A stretch of DNA of 64,000 nt from Bdellovibrionota bacterium (GCA_030584005.1 CP129486.1:2219971-2283970); one strand, 5' to 3'. Positions 1 through 10,641 are shown, numbered from the stretch's first letter. A program made the numbers and translations. Notes: a model not told the origin generated them from the letters alone.

Positions 1-358
1 TACACCATGGCCATATAACCAATTATCGCCGGCGTCCTGCAAAAGTTCCTGTGTCTGTTCGGGGGTGAGCGGTTGTTTGACCATCTGGTGGACATCCGAC
101 TCGGGAGGAGCCTCCTTAAGTGACGAGCACCCCCATAGACAGGCGGCCGTCAATACGCCTAGTGCGCCGGTCATTACCCGCCTTCTCATCACTTCACCCT
201 AACATGTTCGCTCTTTTCAACATGTTGCCTGACGTCGCAGAGGCTGGAAAGCCCATATGATCTACCCTTCCGATATTCCCCTTTGCTGCATCTCACTTGC
301 TGTGGCACCTTTAAGCGGTACAGGTGTATCCGGCACCAATTACTTGGAAGGGTTTGAT

Positions 359-1156
359 ATGACCAAGGTTTTGCTCGTTCTTAGCATCGTCGTTGCCTCC
401 TCCGCCCTAGCCCAGGACAGCAGCTCCAGCAGCAGCTCTTCATCGGTGCTCCAACCGACCGATAGCGCCAACACCTTAGTAGCCCAGGGGGTACTCGGTG
501 ATACGGACTCCAAACATCGCTCTCCAGAGCTCCGGGTTCGCCCCGAGGTGCTCGAGGATCGAGTGCGACTCCTCGCCGATGCCTATGTGCCACATGGGGA
601 ATTGGAGGATCATCCAATCCAGTTTGATTTTTTCATCAACCGGAAGCTCTTTGCCTCGCAGGTGAAGTCCACCACTTTGCCCGGAGCCGTCGGCGTCGAC
701 ATCGGACCTGATGTTGCGGTCCCGCCCTTCAATTACACGGTGGTGGCCAAAGTGATTCATCCTAACAGAACGTTCACTACCATGATCGAAGGTGCTGTAC
801 GCAGCGCGGAGCCTAGCTCCCAGATCTTCGAGAGCTGCACTGCCACCCTCGTTACGGAAGTCGGCGAAGATGAAGATATCGAAATGTTTGTGGATAATGC
901 GGTGCCGGTGGGCGAGAGCAACGCTGAAATAGTCGATTTTAGCTTCACCGCACGCAAGTCGGACAACAGTGAAGAGGCCACCTTCGCTCTTACTGGGACG
1001 ATTGAAGGAACACAGGCAAGCGTAACTGCCACCGTTACTCGTGATGATACCCCAACCGTGTACAACCTTACCGGTACTGCCGCGGTCGCCGAGGGGCGTG
1101 TAGAGGAACTCGATCTTTCCTCTGAAGATGGAGATCTAGATATTAGCTGCTCGTGA
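359..1156 (+). CDS. secreted hypothetical protein with poly-Ser linker
   Basis: ORF 257..1156. An internal Met begins MTKVLLVLSIVVASSALAQ, a typical signal peptide, followed by an SSSSSSSSS run. No recognisable catalytic motif. Confidence 0.45.
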   Translation: MTKVLLVLSIVVASSALAQDSSSSSSSSSVLQPTDSANTLVAQGVLGDTDSKHRSPELRVRPEVLEDRVRLLADAYVPHGELEDHPIQFDFFINRKLFASQVKSTTLPGAVGVDIGPDVAVPPFNYTVVAKVIHPNRTFTTMIEGAVRSAEPSSQIFESCTATLVTEVGEDEDIEMFVDNAVPVGESNAEIVDFSFTARKSDNSEEATFALTGTIEGTQASVTATVTRDDTPTVYNLTGTAAVAEGRVEELDLSSEDGDLDISCS

Positions 1157-1159
1157 CGT

Positions 1160-1897
1160 ATGGGAGTGGGCGTCGCATTCGATCTCGAAGGAGCCAGCGT
1201 CGACCTTGAAGACCAGCGTCATGAAGCGCACCTCAGGGCAGCCGCATCATTTGACATAGCCATCGATCGTGAATTCGCGATTGCTTACCTTCCCCACTTT
1301 ATAGGCGGACCTGATGAGTTGGTGGCTGAGGAGATCTTTGCGCTTGCTCGCGCCTCGCTGCCAATGGACAGAACCAGCTTCGTAGACGAATTTCTGTCCC
1401 GCGATCGATCTGCTTTCGATCTGCTGCTGCGCGATTGCCCTATTGCGCCACGCGACGGATATCTTGAATTCGTGGATTGGCTTCACTCAATGCGCGTTCC
1501 CACCTCAATCGGCTCTTTGACATCAACAGATCAAGCCACGGTGATTCTCGAGCGTTCCGGGTTGGCTCGACTATTTGGACGCTGCATCGTTCTGCGCGAA
1601 GATGTGAAGGAAGTAAAGCCAGCCCCCGACGTTTTCCTCGCCACTGCACGATTGATGGAGATCTCGCCTACCCTCCAGATAGTGTATGAGGATTCGCCAA
1701 GAGGCGTCATGGCGAGCTACCGGGCAGGGTCCCATCCAATCGGCATGCCCGTGATCGACCATCCTGCGGCGCTAAGGGCGCTCGAAGCGGCAAACCCTCT
1801 CGCCATCTTTTCGGATTGGCGGGATGCAAACCTTCGAAGCTTCACGCTCCGCATGATCGCAATGTTGCTCGAATCCGGCCAGGATGCGCGCCTATAG
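1160..1897 (+). CDS. HAD-superfamily hydrolase (beta-phosphoglucomutase-like)
   Basis: 245 aa. HAD-like motifs: a KPAPDVFL block and an acidic block near the C-terminus. ATG lies 4 nt after the upstream stop. Confidence 0.55.
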   Translation: MGVGVAFDLEGASVDLEDQRHEAHLRAAASFDIAIDREFAIAYLPHFIGGPDELVAEEIFALARASLPMDRTSFVDEFLSRDRSAFDLLLRDCPIAPRDGYLEFVDWLHSMRVPTSIGSLTSTDQATVILERSGLARLFGRCIVLREDVKEVKPAPDVFLATARLMEISPTLQIVYEDSPRGVMASYRAGSHPIGMPVIDHPAALRALEAANPLAIFSDWRDANLRSFTLRMIAMLLESGQDARL

Positions 1898-2415
1898 CAG
1901 TGCCTCAAGCTGGGCAATGATATCAGGCGAATCCCACTCTCTAGGTCCGGTGAAACGCACTGTGGGAATGCCGCCGTCCGGGTCGGACAACAGCATGAGT
2001 TTACCGGCTCGATCAAGAAAGAAGGTCTCGGGCACACCCCCCAACTTGAATCTCTGCTTCGTTTCTCCGTTTGTATCCAATAGAATTGGGAATGTAAGGC
2101 CGAACCGTTCCTTGAACTGCAGAAGCTCTTCGGCTGAATCGTCAATTCCAACCCCTACTACGATAAATCCTCGGCTCTTGAAGCGGTTGTAGAGCCGCTC
2201 AAGCGCGGGCAGCTCGGCGATACAGGGCTCGCACCAGGAGGCCCAGAAATGAATCAACACGAATTTGCCCTGGATCTCGCTGAGCTGAAACCCTTGCGGG
2301 GAGAGCGTCTGCGCCTCTAAGGCTGGCGCACGATCCCCTGGGTGCAACCCCACCTCCGCATTTCGAGTGCAGGCCACAAGCACCCCACACAGCATCAGCG
2401 CCGCTAAGAACACCA
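1892..2415 (-). CDS. TlpA/ResA-like periplasmic thiol-disulfide oxidoreductase (thioredoxin fold)
   Basis: WASWCEPC active site in a thioredoxin-like context. Longest ORF runs to 2548 and overlaps rpmE. A GTG start near 2413 gives a lipoprotein-like N-terminus FLAALMLCGVLVAC, so the start is uncertain. Confidence 0.65.
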
Positions 2416-2480
2416 GCTTGATAATGGGCTGTCTGGTATGGGGCGAACCGGATCGCACACCGAGCGCCGCTGCAATAAAA

Positions 2481-2714
2481 TTACTTCGTGGCTGCTGCCG
2501 GCTGCGCAGATTGGAACTTGGCGTACTTCTTCTTGAAGCGATCAACACGTCCTTCTGTGTCTACCATCACCTGCTTGCCGGTGTAGAACGGGTGGCACTG
2601 CGAACAGACCATGATCCGGATCTCTTGCAGCGTCGAACCAGTCTCGAAGGTATTGCCGCAACCACTACAGATCACTTTTGAGCGAAAATACTTGGGATGA
2701 ATCTTGTCTTTCAT
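2481..2714 (-). CDS. rpmE: 50S ribosomal protein L31
   Basis: 77 aa starting MKDKIHPKY. CxxC ... CxxC zinc-ribbon pattern typical of L31 type A. Confidence 0.85.
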   Translation of the reverse strand: MKDKIHPKYFRSKVICSGCGNTFETGSTLQEIRIMVCSQCHPFYTGKQVMVDTEGRVDRFKKKYAKFQSAQPAAATK

Positions 2715-2782
2715 GACTACTCCTCGGGGCTTGCCTTTAGCGCCTTCACTATGCGGCGTGGGAGGATAACTGCCTAGAACGA

Positions 2783-3211
2783 TTAAGTCAAATCACCTCC
2801 CTGCCAGCTCCTCACACACTCCAGGAAGCGCTCGGGGATCGGCGCCCCACGGCGAGTACTCTGCGCCATGAAGCACAGTTCGACATCCGCCGAGACCGCT
2901 AATTTGCCGCGATGATTGAATATTTGTTGATGCAGCCGCAACAGCTTCCCTTTCACTCTAGGATTCCCGCAGGTAACCACAAGTGACCCCGCAGTTATCT
3001 CGCGCTGATACTCTACCTCCAATCGGGTCAATACAATCAGATAGCCCGCATCGAGGGCTCCCTGGAAGGGGTACCCTATCTCATCCAGAAACCCATACCT
3101 ACCCTCTTCAAGGATGCAGATGGCCTTGGCATGGTGCACATGCTGATAGGTAGATTGCAGCTCCTCTGCCGTAATCTCTCTGGTCAGCTGGAAGGTTCTT
3201 GGCGTATCCAT
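2783..3211 (-). CDS. acyl-CoA thioesterase (hotdog fold, YbgC/4HBT-like)
   Basis: About 140 aa with a hotdog-fold thioesterase-like sequence. Start taken at internal Met MDTPRTF. Divergent from pepP. Confidence 0.5.
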   Translation of the reverse strand: MDTPRTFQLTREITAEELQSTYQHVHHAKAICILEEGRYGFLDEIGYPFQGALDAGYLIVLTRLEVEYQREITAGSLVVTCGNPRVKGKLLRLHQQIFNHRGKLAVSADVELCFMAQSTRRGAPIPERFLECVRSWQGGDLT

Positions 3212-3240
3212 AGATGTCTCGTTCACAAAATTACCATCGC

Positions 3241-4491
3241 ATGCCAAACATTTTTCGCCAACGAATCGTCCGTTCCCAACAGCTCCTGGCCAGCACCGAA
3301 ACTGCGACGGCGCTCATCCTCTCAAGCGCTACAGTCAAAGTGAGGAGTCACGATTCTCATTACCCTTATCGGGCCGATAACTATCTCTACTACCTCACCG
3401 GCTCTCAGGAGCAAGATCTGCTGCTCGTACTTCTCCCCGGCAAAAGCACTCCCGTGCTCATGGCGCCCCCGCACGATGCTGCTCGCGCCGTCTGGGACGA
3501 TACGGCACCCAAGCCAAGACAGCTCGCTTCGGCGTTGGGCGCAAGGTTGATTACTACTTCCCAGCCCATTAAGGAACTACTGCCACTGCTTCGTAATATA
3601 GATCGGGTATTGCATCAGGCTGCACCTCAATCCCTGGCCAGACAACTCGTAGATCAGCTGCGAGAGAAAAGCCTGGCCGGCGCACGCGGCCTCCCGAGGC
3701 TATTCGGAGATGCGGGACTACTGCTGGATAGGCTTCGTCTTTTCAAATCCAAGGATGAGGTCGCATTGATTGAGCGAGCGGCCCAAATAACTCAAGACTC
3801 ATTACAGCGCACCCTGCCCCTGATGCGCCCGGGCGCATCGGAGGCCACGATCGCCAAGACCCTGGAATACTTCTTCCGGCTGCAAGGAGCAGAACCGGCC
3901 TTCAACAGCATCGTTGCTGCGGGCCCCTCGGCAGCCACACTACACTACACCTCGCTGCGTAGGAGCATTCAGCGCGGCTCGTTACTGCTGATTGACTGCG
4001 GCGCCGAGTACCAGCTGTATGCAGCCGATATGACCCGTACGATACCGATCGGTGCGCCGCGAAACCCGCTGCTTCGCAAGGTCTACGAGGGAGTGCTGCA
4101 CGCGCAACAGGAGCTATTGCGGGCCGTGCGGCCTGGTGTAGCGCTGGCCACCCTGCAACAGATCGCCATACGATCGCTCACCGCCACGCTGCGCGACCTT
4201 AAGGTTCTGCGCGGTTCCCTTGCCTCGTTGATCAAGCAGCAGGCATACAAACCATATTATCCGCACTCATTTGGCCACAGCCTCGGGCTCGATGTGCATG
4301 ACGTGGGATCATCAAAAAGAGGCGCACAAACGGTGCTTGAGAAGGGTATGGTGTTTACGATTGAGCCAGGTTTGTATTTTCGCCGCCCCAACGGAAAGAT
4401 TCCCGTCGGCGGTGGTGCGCATAGAGGACGACGTCCTCGTTACCTCTCGCGGCTGTCAGCTACTTACGTCGGCATTCCCCAAAGACTTTGA
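3241..4491 (+). CDS. pepP: Xaa-Pro aminopeptidase (M24B)
   Basis: N-terminal domain with YPYRADNYLYYLTG. M24 metal-binding region HSFGHSLGLDVHD and the C-terminal EPG motif. Start taken at MPNIF. Confidence 0.8.
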   Translation: MPNIFRQRIVRSQQLLASTETATALILSSATVKVRSHDSHYPYRADNYLYYLTGSQEQDLLLVLLPGKSTPVLMAPPHDAARAVWDDTAPKPRQLASALGARLITTSQPIKELLPLLRNIDRVLHQAAPQSLARQLVDQLREKSLAGARGLPRLFGDAGLLLDRLRLFKSKDEVALIERAAQITQDSLQRTLPLMRPGASEATIAKTLEYFFRLQGAEPAFNSIVAAGPSAATLHYTSLRRSIQRGSLLLIDCGAEYQLYAADMTRTIPIGAPRNPLLRKVYEGVLHAQQELLRAVRPGVALATLQQIAIRSLTATLRDLKVLRGSLASLIKQQAYKPYYPHSFGHSLGLDVHDVGSSKRGAQTVLEKGMVFTIEPGLYFRRPNGKIPVGGGAHRGRRPRYLSRLSATYVGIPQRL

Positions 4492-4653
4492 TACGCTGAT
4501 CGAGCTTTGGGAGAGCTGCCAGTGAGCCATTTCACTCTGTCGTTCAGTCTGTCGATTTTGACCCAACATGGAATTTCCGCACTCTACACCGTTCCCGCCG
4601 CTTCAAGCGGGAAGCTCTGACCGGGCGCGTTCTTGCGGACCATCGATGGCGCA

Positions 4654-5855
4654 CTATTGCAGTGCGCGCACGCTCTCGGCGATCCTTTCCAGGGCCCCCA
4701 GCACCGTGGCCTCGGCTGCGGCAACGCTTACCCTGAATGCGTGCTCATCGCCGAAGGCCTCACCAGGAACCACTGCCACTCCCGCATGTTCAAGCAAGTA
4801 GGCAGCGAACGCCGCGGGCGTATCAATCGTCACCGCGCCGGCTTTGGGTCTCCGCGCAGCAGCTGCTCGCAACGAATAAAGAGGTAAAAGGCCCCCTGCG
4901 GTTTGCACGCCAGTGACAACCCGTCAATCTCGGAGATAATTCCCATGGCGCGCTCAATCCGGGCATTATAGCTCTGCACCAGCTCTTTCAAGAAATCATG
5001 CGGACCCCGCAATGCCGCAAGAGCTGCGTATTGTGCGATCGAATTAATGTTGGATGTAATCTGACTCTGATGCCGGATCATCGCCGAAATGATATCGGTC
5101 GGCCCGGTCGCGCAGCCAACTCGCCATCCCGTCATAGCATAGGTCTTGGAGAACGAGTCGATGGTGATAATGCGGTCATGCATCTCAGGCGCCACCGCAG
5201 CCAAAGATTTGAACTGAAAGCCATCAAAGGTAATTTTCCCGTACACTTCATCGGCGATGATGGCGATGTTGCGCCCGGTCACTACATCGGCGAGCGCGCG
5301 CACCTCATTGGCGGAGTAACCCACACCGGTCGGATTCGAGGGGCTATTGAATATCAGGCAGCGTGTCTTGGGAGTAATGACCCGCTCCAGATCCTGAGGC
5401 TGTAGCTTGTAGCCGTGTGCCGGGTTCGTCTGTGCGATCACGGGGCTACCGCCGGAAAGCTGCACCATGGCCGGAAACGACACCCAATACGGTGCCGGGA
5501 TGACAACCTCATCTCCGGGCTCCAGCATTACATCCAGTGCCGCGTGGATCGCTTGCTTGCCCCCGTTGGTCACTACAATAGTGCCAGGGGCTGCATTGAC
5601 CCCGCGTGACTGGAACTGCTGGGCGAGCGCCTCGCGCAGATCTCCTATGCCCGCTACCGGAGTGTATTTGGTTTTGCCCTGCGCCAGCGCTTCGCGTGCA
5701 GCCTGCTTGATGTGCTCAGGCGTATCGATTTCCGGCTCTCCAGTGCTCAGATCAAATATCTGCTTGCCCTGCGCCTTCAATTGCCCTGCTTTGGCCATGA
5801 TGGCAAGGGTTGCGCTCTCTTTGACCGAAGCCACGCGTCGATTTAAGAATGACAT
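4654..5855 (-). CDS. aspartate/aromatic aminotransferase (class I/II), apparent frameshift near 4875-4880
   Basis: ORF 4830..5855 encodes the N-terminal 341 aa of a class-I aminotransferase, ending ...GAFYLF then junk. Overlapping ORF 4654..4908 in another frame encodes the conserved C-terminus AAYLLEHAGVAVVPGEAFG. Together about 400 aa. Confidence 0.65.
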
Positions 5856-5931
5856 AAGACACCACGTTGTGAATGCAGCGCAATTGAATCACAGCTTGGA
5901 ACGGGAATAAAGCAGCCGGCTAGGCGCGCCG

Positions 5932-6420
5932 CTACTTTTTCGCGGGAAACTTCTTGGCGAGCTCCTCCACGATGCGGGCTGGCACCAGCCGTCGCACATC
6001 GCCGCCAAATCGAGCCACCTGTCTGACAATAGAGCTGCTCACGTAGGAGTTCGCCTCCGACGCCATAAGGAACACGGTTTCAATGTTCGGATCTAGACTT
6101 CTATTCATCAAGGCCATCTGCGCTTCATAATCAAAATCACTGATTGCGCGTAAGCCCCGCAGTATAATCGACGCGTTTTGCGATCGGGCGAAATCGACGA
6201 GCAGTCCGCTGAAGCTCTTGGCGAGCACGCGTTGACCCTCGGCAGCAAACACATCCTGAATCAGAGCCACACGTTCGCTGAGAGTAAACATCGACTTTTT
6301 CTCTGGATTATTGAGCACAGCAACGATTACGGAATCGAACATCGAGAGTGCCCGCACCACCACGTCGACATGGCCATTAGTTATGGGATCAAATGAACCG
6401 GGGAATATAGCGGTGCGCAT
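5932..6420 (-). CDS. coaD: phosphopantetheine adenylyltransferase
   Basis: 162 aa starting MRTAIFPGSFDPITNGHVDVV, a nucleotidyltransferase H/T-x-G-H motif. Confidence 0.85.
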   Translation of the reverse strand: MRTAIFPGSFDPITNGHVDVVVRALSMFDSVIVAVLNNPEKKSMFTLSERVALIQDVFAAEGQRVLAKSFSGLLVDFARSQNASIILRGLRAISDFDYEAQMALMNRSLDPNIETVFLMASEANSYVSSSIVRQVARFGGDVRRLVPARIVEELAKKFPAKK

Positions 6421-6561
6421 ACACTCAATCTGATGGTTGCAGCTGGCAGCTAGAGTGCTGGAATACCACGGTTACCGGTGGAAGGACACCCTCGACGATT
6501 GCCCGCATCCAGGGCTATACTTTGCCTCCGTCGGTTGGCCGCTATTTGAGCATGTAGACCT

Positions 6562-6819
6562 ATGAACAAATCCCTTTTGTCCCGCAAACAGAAGCGACTT
6601 CAGAGCTGGACCCGTTTCTTGAGTTCTATAGAGGCTCCCGATGTGCGGCAGCGCATGGAGCGCACCCTGCGCGAGTTTCACAACGTGTTAGTACGAGCCT
6701 GGGAGAGTGAGGATGCCACTGACCGCTATGATGCTGAAATACTTGATCTTGAACGGCAGCTTGAATCCCTGGACGAGGAAGCCCGTCTAAGGGTCGTTGG
6801 GCGGAATCGCGCGGCATAG
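6562..6819 (+). CDS. hypothetical small protein
   Basis: 85-aa ORF, charged and helical-looking. No motif recognised. Confidence 0.3.
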   Translation: MNKSLLSRKQKRLQSWTRFLSSIEAPDVRQRMERTLREFHNVLVRAWESEDATDRYDAEILDLERQLESLDEEARLRVVGRNRAA

Positions 6820-6884
6820 ATACGCTCGCTATAGCGCCCCCAACTGCCGTTTCGCCGCTTTGCGACAGCGCACCTGCATCGACC

Positions 6885-8120
6885 ATGGAATCAGCACTTA
6901 CCGCTACCGCACTTATGGGGGCCTTTGCCGCAGGAATCGGCACCTCTCTGACCCCTTGTGTGTACCCTTTAATTCCCGTGACCCTTGCCATCTTCGGCGC
7001 CGGTACTCACTGCCATTCAAAATTGCGGGCAGTCGGATTGGGTGCAGCCTACGTTTTCGGTATAGCGCTCACCTTTACCCTCCTCGGTGTGGTGTCAGCG
7101 CAGACCGGGGCTGTGTTCGGCAGCTTTCTTGGACATCCAATAGTCGTGTTCGCCCTATGCGCCTTTTTAGTGCTAATGGCGCTGTTCACCTTGGAGATTA
7201 TCCATCTTCCCTTTGTATCCCGGGTACAACAGTCCGCCTGCAAGATCGGAGGGGGCGGCTATTGGGGTTCCTTCCTTATGGGTACGGCCAGCGGCCCGGT
7301 AGCAGCTCCTTGTGTGGGACCGGTGCTGGTGACCTATCTTACCTTGGCAGCCGAATCACAAAACGTCACGTGGGGCGCACTCCTTCTGTTCTCTTATTCG
7401 CTGGGCTTCGGGCTTCTGTTCTTTGTATTGGCGCTCTTTCCTTCGCTGACCAAGCGGCTTCCTAAGCCCGGACACTGGATGAACTATGTCAAATTCACTA
7501 TTGCGGCCGCGTTGCTGCTCGTAGCGCTGTTCCTGGCGCAACCGTTTTTGCGAGAGATCTTTCACTGGCTCCATGGCGACCCTGCCTGGCCCTTCTCAAT
7601 GGCAGTGCTCCTTGTGACGGCCATTATCACTGCCCGCTTGGGATACGGCTCTCACTATCGCCCCCTGCGACTTGTGGGAGCGCTCTGCTTCGCACTCGCC
7701 GTAAGCAGCGCCTTTGTGAAGGTCCCGGATGCGACGGAAGGAGGTGCCGTACCGCTGAATGCAATCGAGTGGATAGATGACTTCGATTCGGCTCTGGCGC
7801 GTGCAGCAGCTGAGGGTAAGCCAGTGATGGTGGACCTGTTCGCTGAATGGTGCGCGGCCTGCAAGGAGCTCGACGCGAAAACATTTCCCGACCCGCGGGT
7901 ACGCGCAAAGCTCAAAGCCCTCGTTACCGCTCGTCTCGATTTTACCCTGATGGATGAGAAGGCGGATGCGATTTCATCGCGCTACAAGGTGATTGGATTA
8001 CCAACAATTCTCTTCCTCAATCCAGATGGATCCGAGATCCCGCAGACACGAGTAACCGGGTTCCTAGAACCGCAGGATTTCTCGATCCATCTTGATCGGG
8101 TGTTGAAGACGCCGCGCTGA
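6885..8120 (+). CDS. DsbD/CcdA-family thiol:disulfide interchange protein (membrane domain plus C-terminal thioredoxin)
   Basis: N-terminal CcdA-like motif SLTPCVYPLIP with multiple TM helices. C-terminal thioredoxin domain has WCAACK. Confidence 0.75.
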   Translation: MESALTATALMGAFAAGIGTSLTPCVYPLIPVTLAIFGAGTHCHSKLRAVGLGAAYVFGIALTFTLLGVVSAQTGAVFGSFLGHPIVVFALCAFLVLMALFTLEIIHLPFVSRVQQSACKIGGGGYWGSFLMGTASGPVAAPCVGPVLVTYLTLAAESQNVTWGALLLFSYSLGFGLLFFVLALFPSLTKRLPKPGHWMNYVKFTIAAALLLVALFLAQPFLREIFHWLHGDPAWPFSMAVLLVTAIITARLGYGSHYRPLRLVGALCFALAVSSAFVKVPDATEGGAVPLNAIEWIDDFDSALARAAAEGKPVMVDLFAEWCAACKELDAKTFPDPRVRAKLKALVTARLDFTLMDEKADAISSRYKVIGLPTILFLNPDGSEIPQTRVTGFLEPQDFSIHLDRVLKTPR

Positions 8121-8125
8121 CTGAA

Positions 8126-8749
8126 CTATTGCAGCAATTCATCGAGGAGTTCATCCCGGGTGCGCACTCGGGTGTCAGTCGGAGCTTCCACGGTCGGTGC
8201 ATCTATCGCGGCTGCGGCAGGGGCAGCTTGATCGGCGGCCGGGGCTACCACCTCAGGGGTAGTAGCTTCGTTGTTCAGCGCGTTGGCTGCTTCGGTCATC
8301 GTCTCATCCGATGTCGCACCGACTACCGCAGGTCCCTCTTCCGTTTTCTCTATAGCTGTGCCAGTTGAGCTGCCATCAACACCCTGGGACGAGGAGGGCT
8401 TTCCTTTAGCAGTCCGGGTGACACTGCCGGCTCGCGGGATGTTCTTTTGCGGCAACGGCTCCGTACGCTTCACCAATGTCATCGGAATTTGCAGCACGGT
8501 ACCGATCTTCATCCGTGCAGGATTGACCTTGGGGTTCGCGTTGGCGATGGCCTTCCAGTTCTCGGAGTCTCCCGTGTACCACTTAGCGATAATGGCCAGA
8601 GTCTCCCCGCTGTAGGTTACGGTGTGGGCATGGTACTGCGGGGCAGGCTGCGGAGGTGGGCCCCCTTTCTTGGCGCAACCTGCGAATGCAAACGTCACTG
8701 CCATCAATGCCACAAGGAATATTGATCTGAATTGCATGTTCATGTGCAC
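8126..8749 (-). CDS. LysM-domain lipoprotein
   Basis: Signal peptide with lipobox FAGC. LysM-like segment YTVKSGDTL-type (HTVTYSGETLAIIAKWYTGDSENWKAIANANP). Low-complexity Ala/Pro/Thr tail. Confidence 0.6.
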   Translation of the reverse strand: MHMNMQFRSIFLVALMAVTFAFAGCAKKGGPPPQPAPQYHAHTVTYSGETLAIIAKWYTGDSENWKAIANANPKVNPARMKIGTVLQIPMTLVKRTEPLPQKNIPRAGSVTRTAKGKPSSSQGVDGSSTGTAIEKTEEGPAVVGATSDETMTEAANALNNEATTPEVVAPAADQAAPAAAAIDAPTVEAPTDTRVRTRDELLDELLQ

Positions 8750-8835
8750 TCTTCACCTTACACGTTCTTCATTCGACGCATCGCGCTGTGCCTCCTTCAG
8801 GCCGCCCTAGAAGATGCCACAGCTCTCCCCTTCAC

Positions 8836-10641
8836 TCAATGTTGAACGGGCACCCCTGTAATCTTTTCGATGGAATCCCGAATCGCTCCCTGGACCTGGG
8901 CATCCTGTTCCTTGACCAAACGGGCCGAGAGATACCCGGCAACCCGTCTGTCACCTAGCCTTGAGAGTGACCGCGCCGCTTGAGACCGGACCGCCGGATC
9001 GTAGTCGTCAAGACGCAGGATAACGTTCGGCACTATTCTCTTATCAGCAAAGGTGGTCAACGCTTTGAGCGTCTCGACTCGAACAATGTATGAATCATGG
9101 TCGAGCAGCGCCGGGCTCAGGTCCACAAACTCTCTTACGTTGCGGCTCACCGCTTGCTGCACACCCGCTATCAGCACCCCTTCAGGCATATCGAGCTGTT
9201 TGAGGAGTCCAAGCAGCTGTTTGTCCGTCAGGTGCTGCACCTCCTTCCCCGGCGGCACTGGATCGGTCGGTGGATCTATCAATGCTCCGTATTCGCCTAC
9301 ACCCTGCTCTGGGTTTGCGAATGCGAGCAGCTTCTCAACATTATTTGTTTCCGCCACCGGCTCCGGCCGCCCCTGCGTAACGAGATATATCAAGTATCCG
9401 CCGACCACTACGCTGCACACGGCTATCACTGCCGTCAGCATTCGTAGCTGCGGTGATGATGTGCGCACCACAAGGGGGGATTCCGCCGCCATGCTGGATA
9501 CTGGCCTAGTGTTGTGCGCGAACATCTCCCCGGAAGATGCGCGCTTGGCCTGATACCCCGCGCTGCGGGTTCCCCCCTCCTCGGTTGGCCAAAGACCGGG
9601 ACCGCCGCTACTCCCCAAAAGGAAGGGATCGTCTGTCAGGGGCGGAGGCGGCGGCATCTCCGGAATTGAGCCGCTCGTCGCTGGACCGATTCTGCCAGAA
9701 TTCAGGCTGGCCTCTCTAATGAGGTAGCGACCGCTGTGCCCAAAGGGCAGGCCTATTGAAATCTCAAGCCCCAACGCCTGCGCACAGGCTTCTATAAACT
9801 CTTGCGCCGAATTGTAGCGATCCTTTCTCGATTTTGAGAGCGCCTGCTCCAGCACCGCTTCAAGGGCTAAAGGGAGATGGGGGCAAAGTATAGTGACCGC
9901 TTGCACCTTGCCCTTCAACGTTGCGGCGATGAGCCCCTGTTGATCTTCGCCCTGGAAAGGCCGTTTCCCTGTGAAGCATTCGTAGGCCACTACCGCCAGC
10001 GAAAACAGATCGCTGCGGTGATCGATCTCCTCATTCTGAATCTGTTCCGGAGACATGTAGCCTGGAGTGCCCACCACGGGCGCCTTAGTGAGCGGCGTCT
10101 CCCAGTCGGAGTAACTTCGGCTGATGCTGGCCACGCCGAAATCAAGCACGTACACCATGTCGTTGCCATCGACGATCAAATTGCTAGGCTTGATATCGCG
10201 GTGATACACCCTGCGCTTGTGCGCATAGTCAAGAGCGGAGGCAATCTGCGAAAGGTAATTGATCGCCTGCACCGGCGGAAAGGCACCTTGTCTTGCGATC
10301 ATACTGGAGAGACTCTCTCCCTCCACGAAGTCCATGACGATGTAAGGAATGTCTCCATCGATCGAGGCATCGAACACAGTGATAATATTGGGGTGCCGCA
10401 GATTCCCCGCCGAACGGGCCTCGTTGCGAAAACGCTCTAACGCTGCATCCGTTCCACTAATCGGGAGATTTTTCTCAGCAACTCTGCGCAGTGTCTTAAT
10501 CGCAACAGTGCGGCCAATCTCCGGATCGAGTCCGCGGTACACCACCCCCATAGAACCTCGTCCGAGGATCCCGACAATGCGGTACTTGCCGATTTGTGAA
10601 GGAGTCTGGTTTGCTTCAGGCATGCGAGGGTGATAGTTCAC
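8836..10641 (-). CDS. Ser/Thr protein kinase with transmembrane segment and C-terminal HEAT-like repeats
   Basis: Hanks kinase motifs: GxGxxG, VAIK, HRDIKPSNL, DFG, and a PE-containing activation segment. Hydrophobic segment LTAVIAVCSVVVGGYLIYLV. C-terminal DPAVRSQAARSLSRLGD-type repeat. Confidence 0.8.
   Translation of the reverse strand: MNYHPRMPEANQTPSQIGKYRIVGILGRGSMGVVYRGLDPEIGRTVAIKTLRRVAEKNLPISGTDAALERFRNEARSAGNLRHPNIITVFDASIDGDIPYIVMDFVEGESLSSMIARQGAFPPVQAINYLSQIASALDYAHKRRVYHRDIKPSNLIVDGNDMVYVLDFGVASISRSYSDWETPLTKAPVVGTPGYMSPEQIQNEEIDHRSDLFSLAVVAYECFTGKRPFQGEDQQGLIAATLKGKVQAVTILCPHLPLALEAVLEQALSKSRKDRYNSAQEFIEACAQALGLEISIGLPFGHSGRYLIREASLNSGRIGPATSGSIPEMPPPPPLTDDPFLLGSSGGPGLWPTEEGGTRSAGYQAKRASSGEMFAHNTRPVSSMAAESPLVVRTSSPQLRMLTAVIAVCSVVVGGYLIYLVTQGRPEPVAETNNVEKLLAFANPEQGVGEYGALIDPPTDPVPPGKEVQHLTDKQLLGLLKQLDMPEGVLIAGVQQAVSRNVREFVDLSPALLDHDSYIVRVETLKALTTFADKRIVPNVILRLDDYDPAVRSQAARSLSRLGDRRVAGYLSARLVKEQDAQVQGAIRDSIEKITGVPVQH

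Noticed and set aside
381-1065. Minus-strand ORFs 381..617, 476..760 and 757..1065 overlapping the first + strand gene
   Set aside because: They are antisense to a signal-peptide-bearing + strand ORF. They have no motifs and show typical high-GC shadow-ORF composition.
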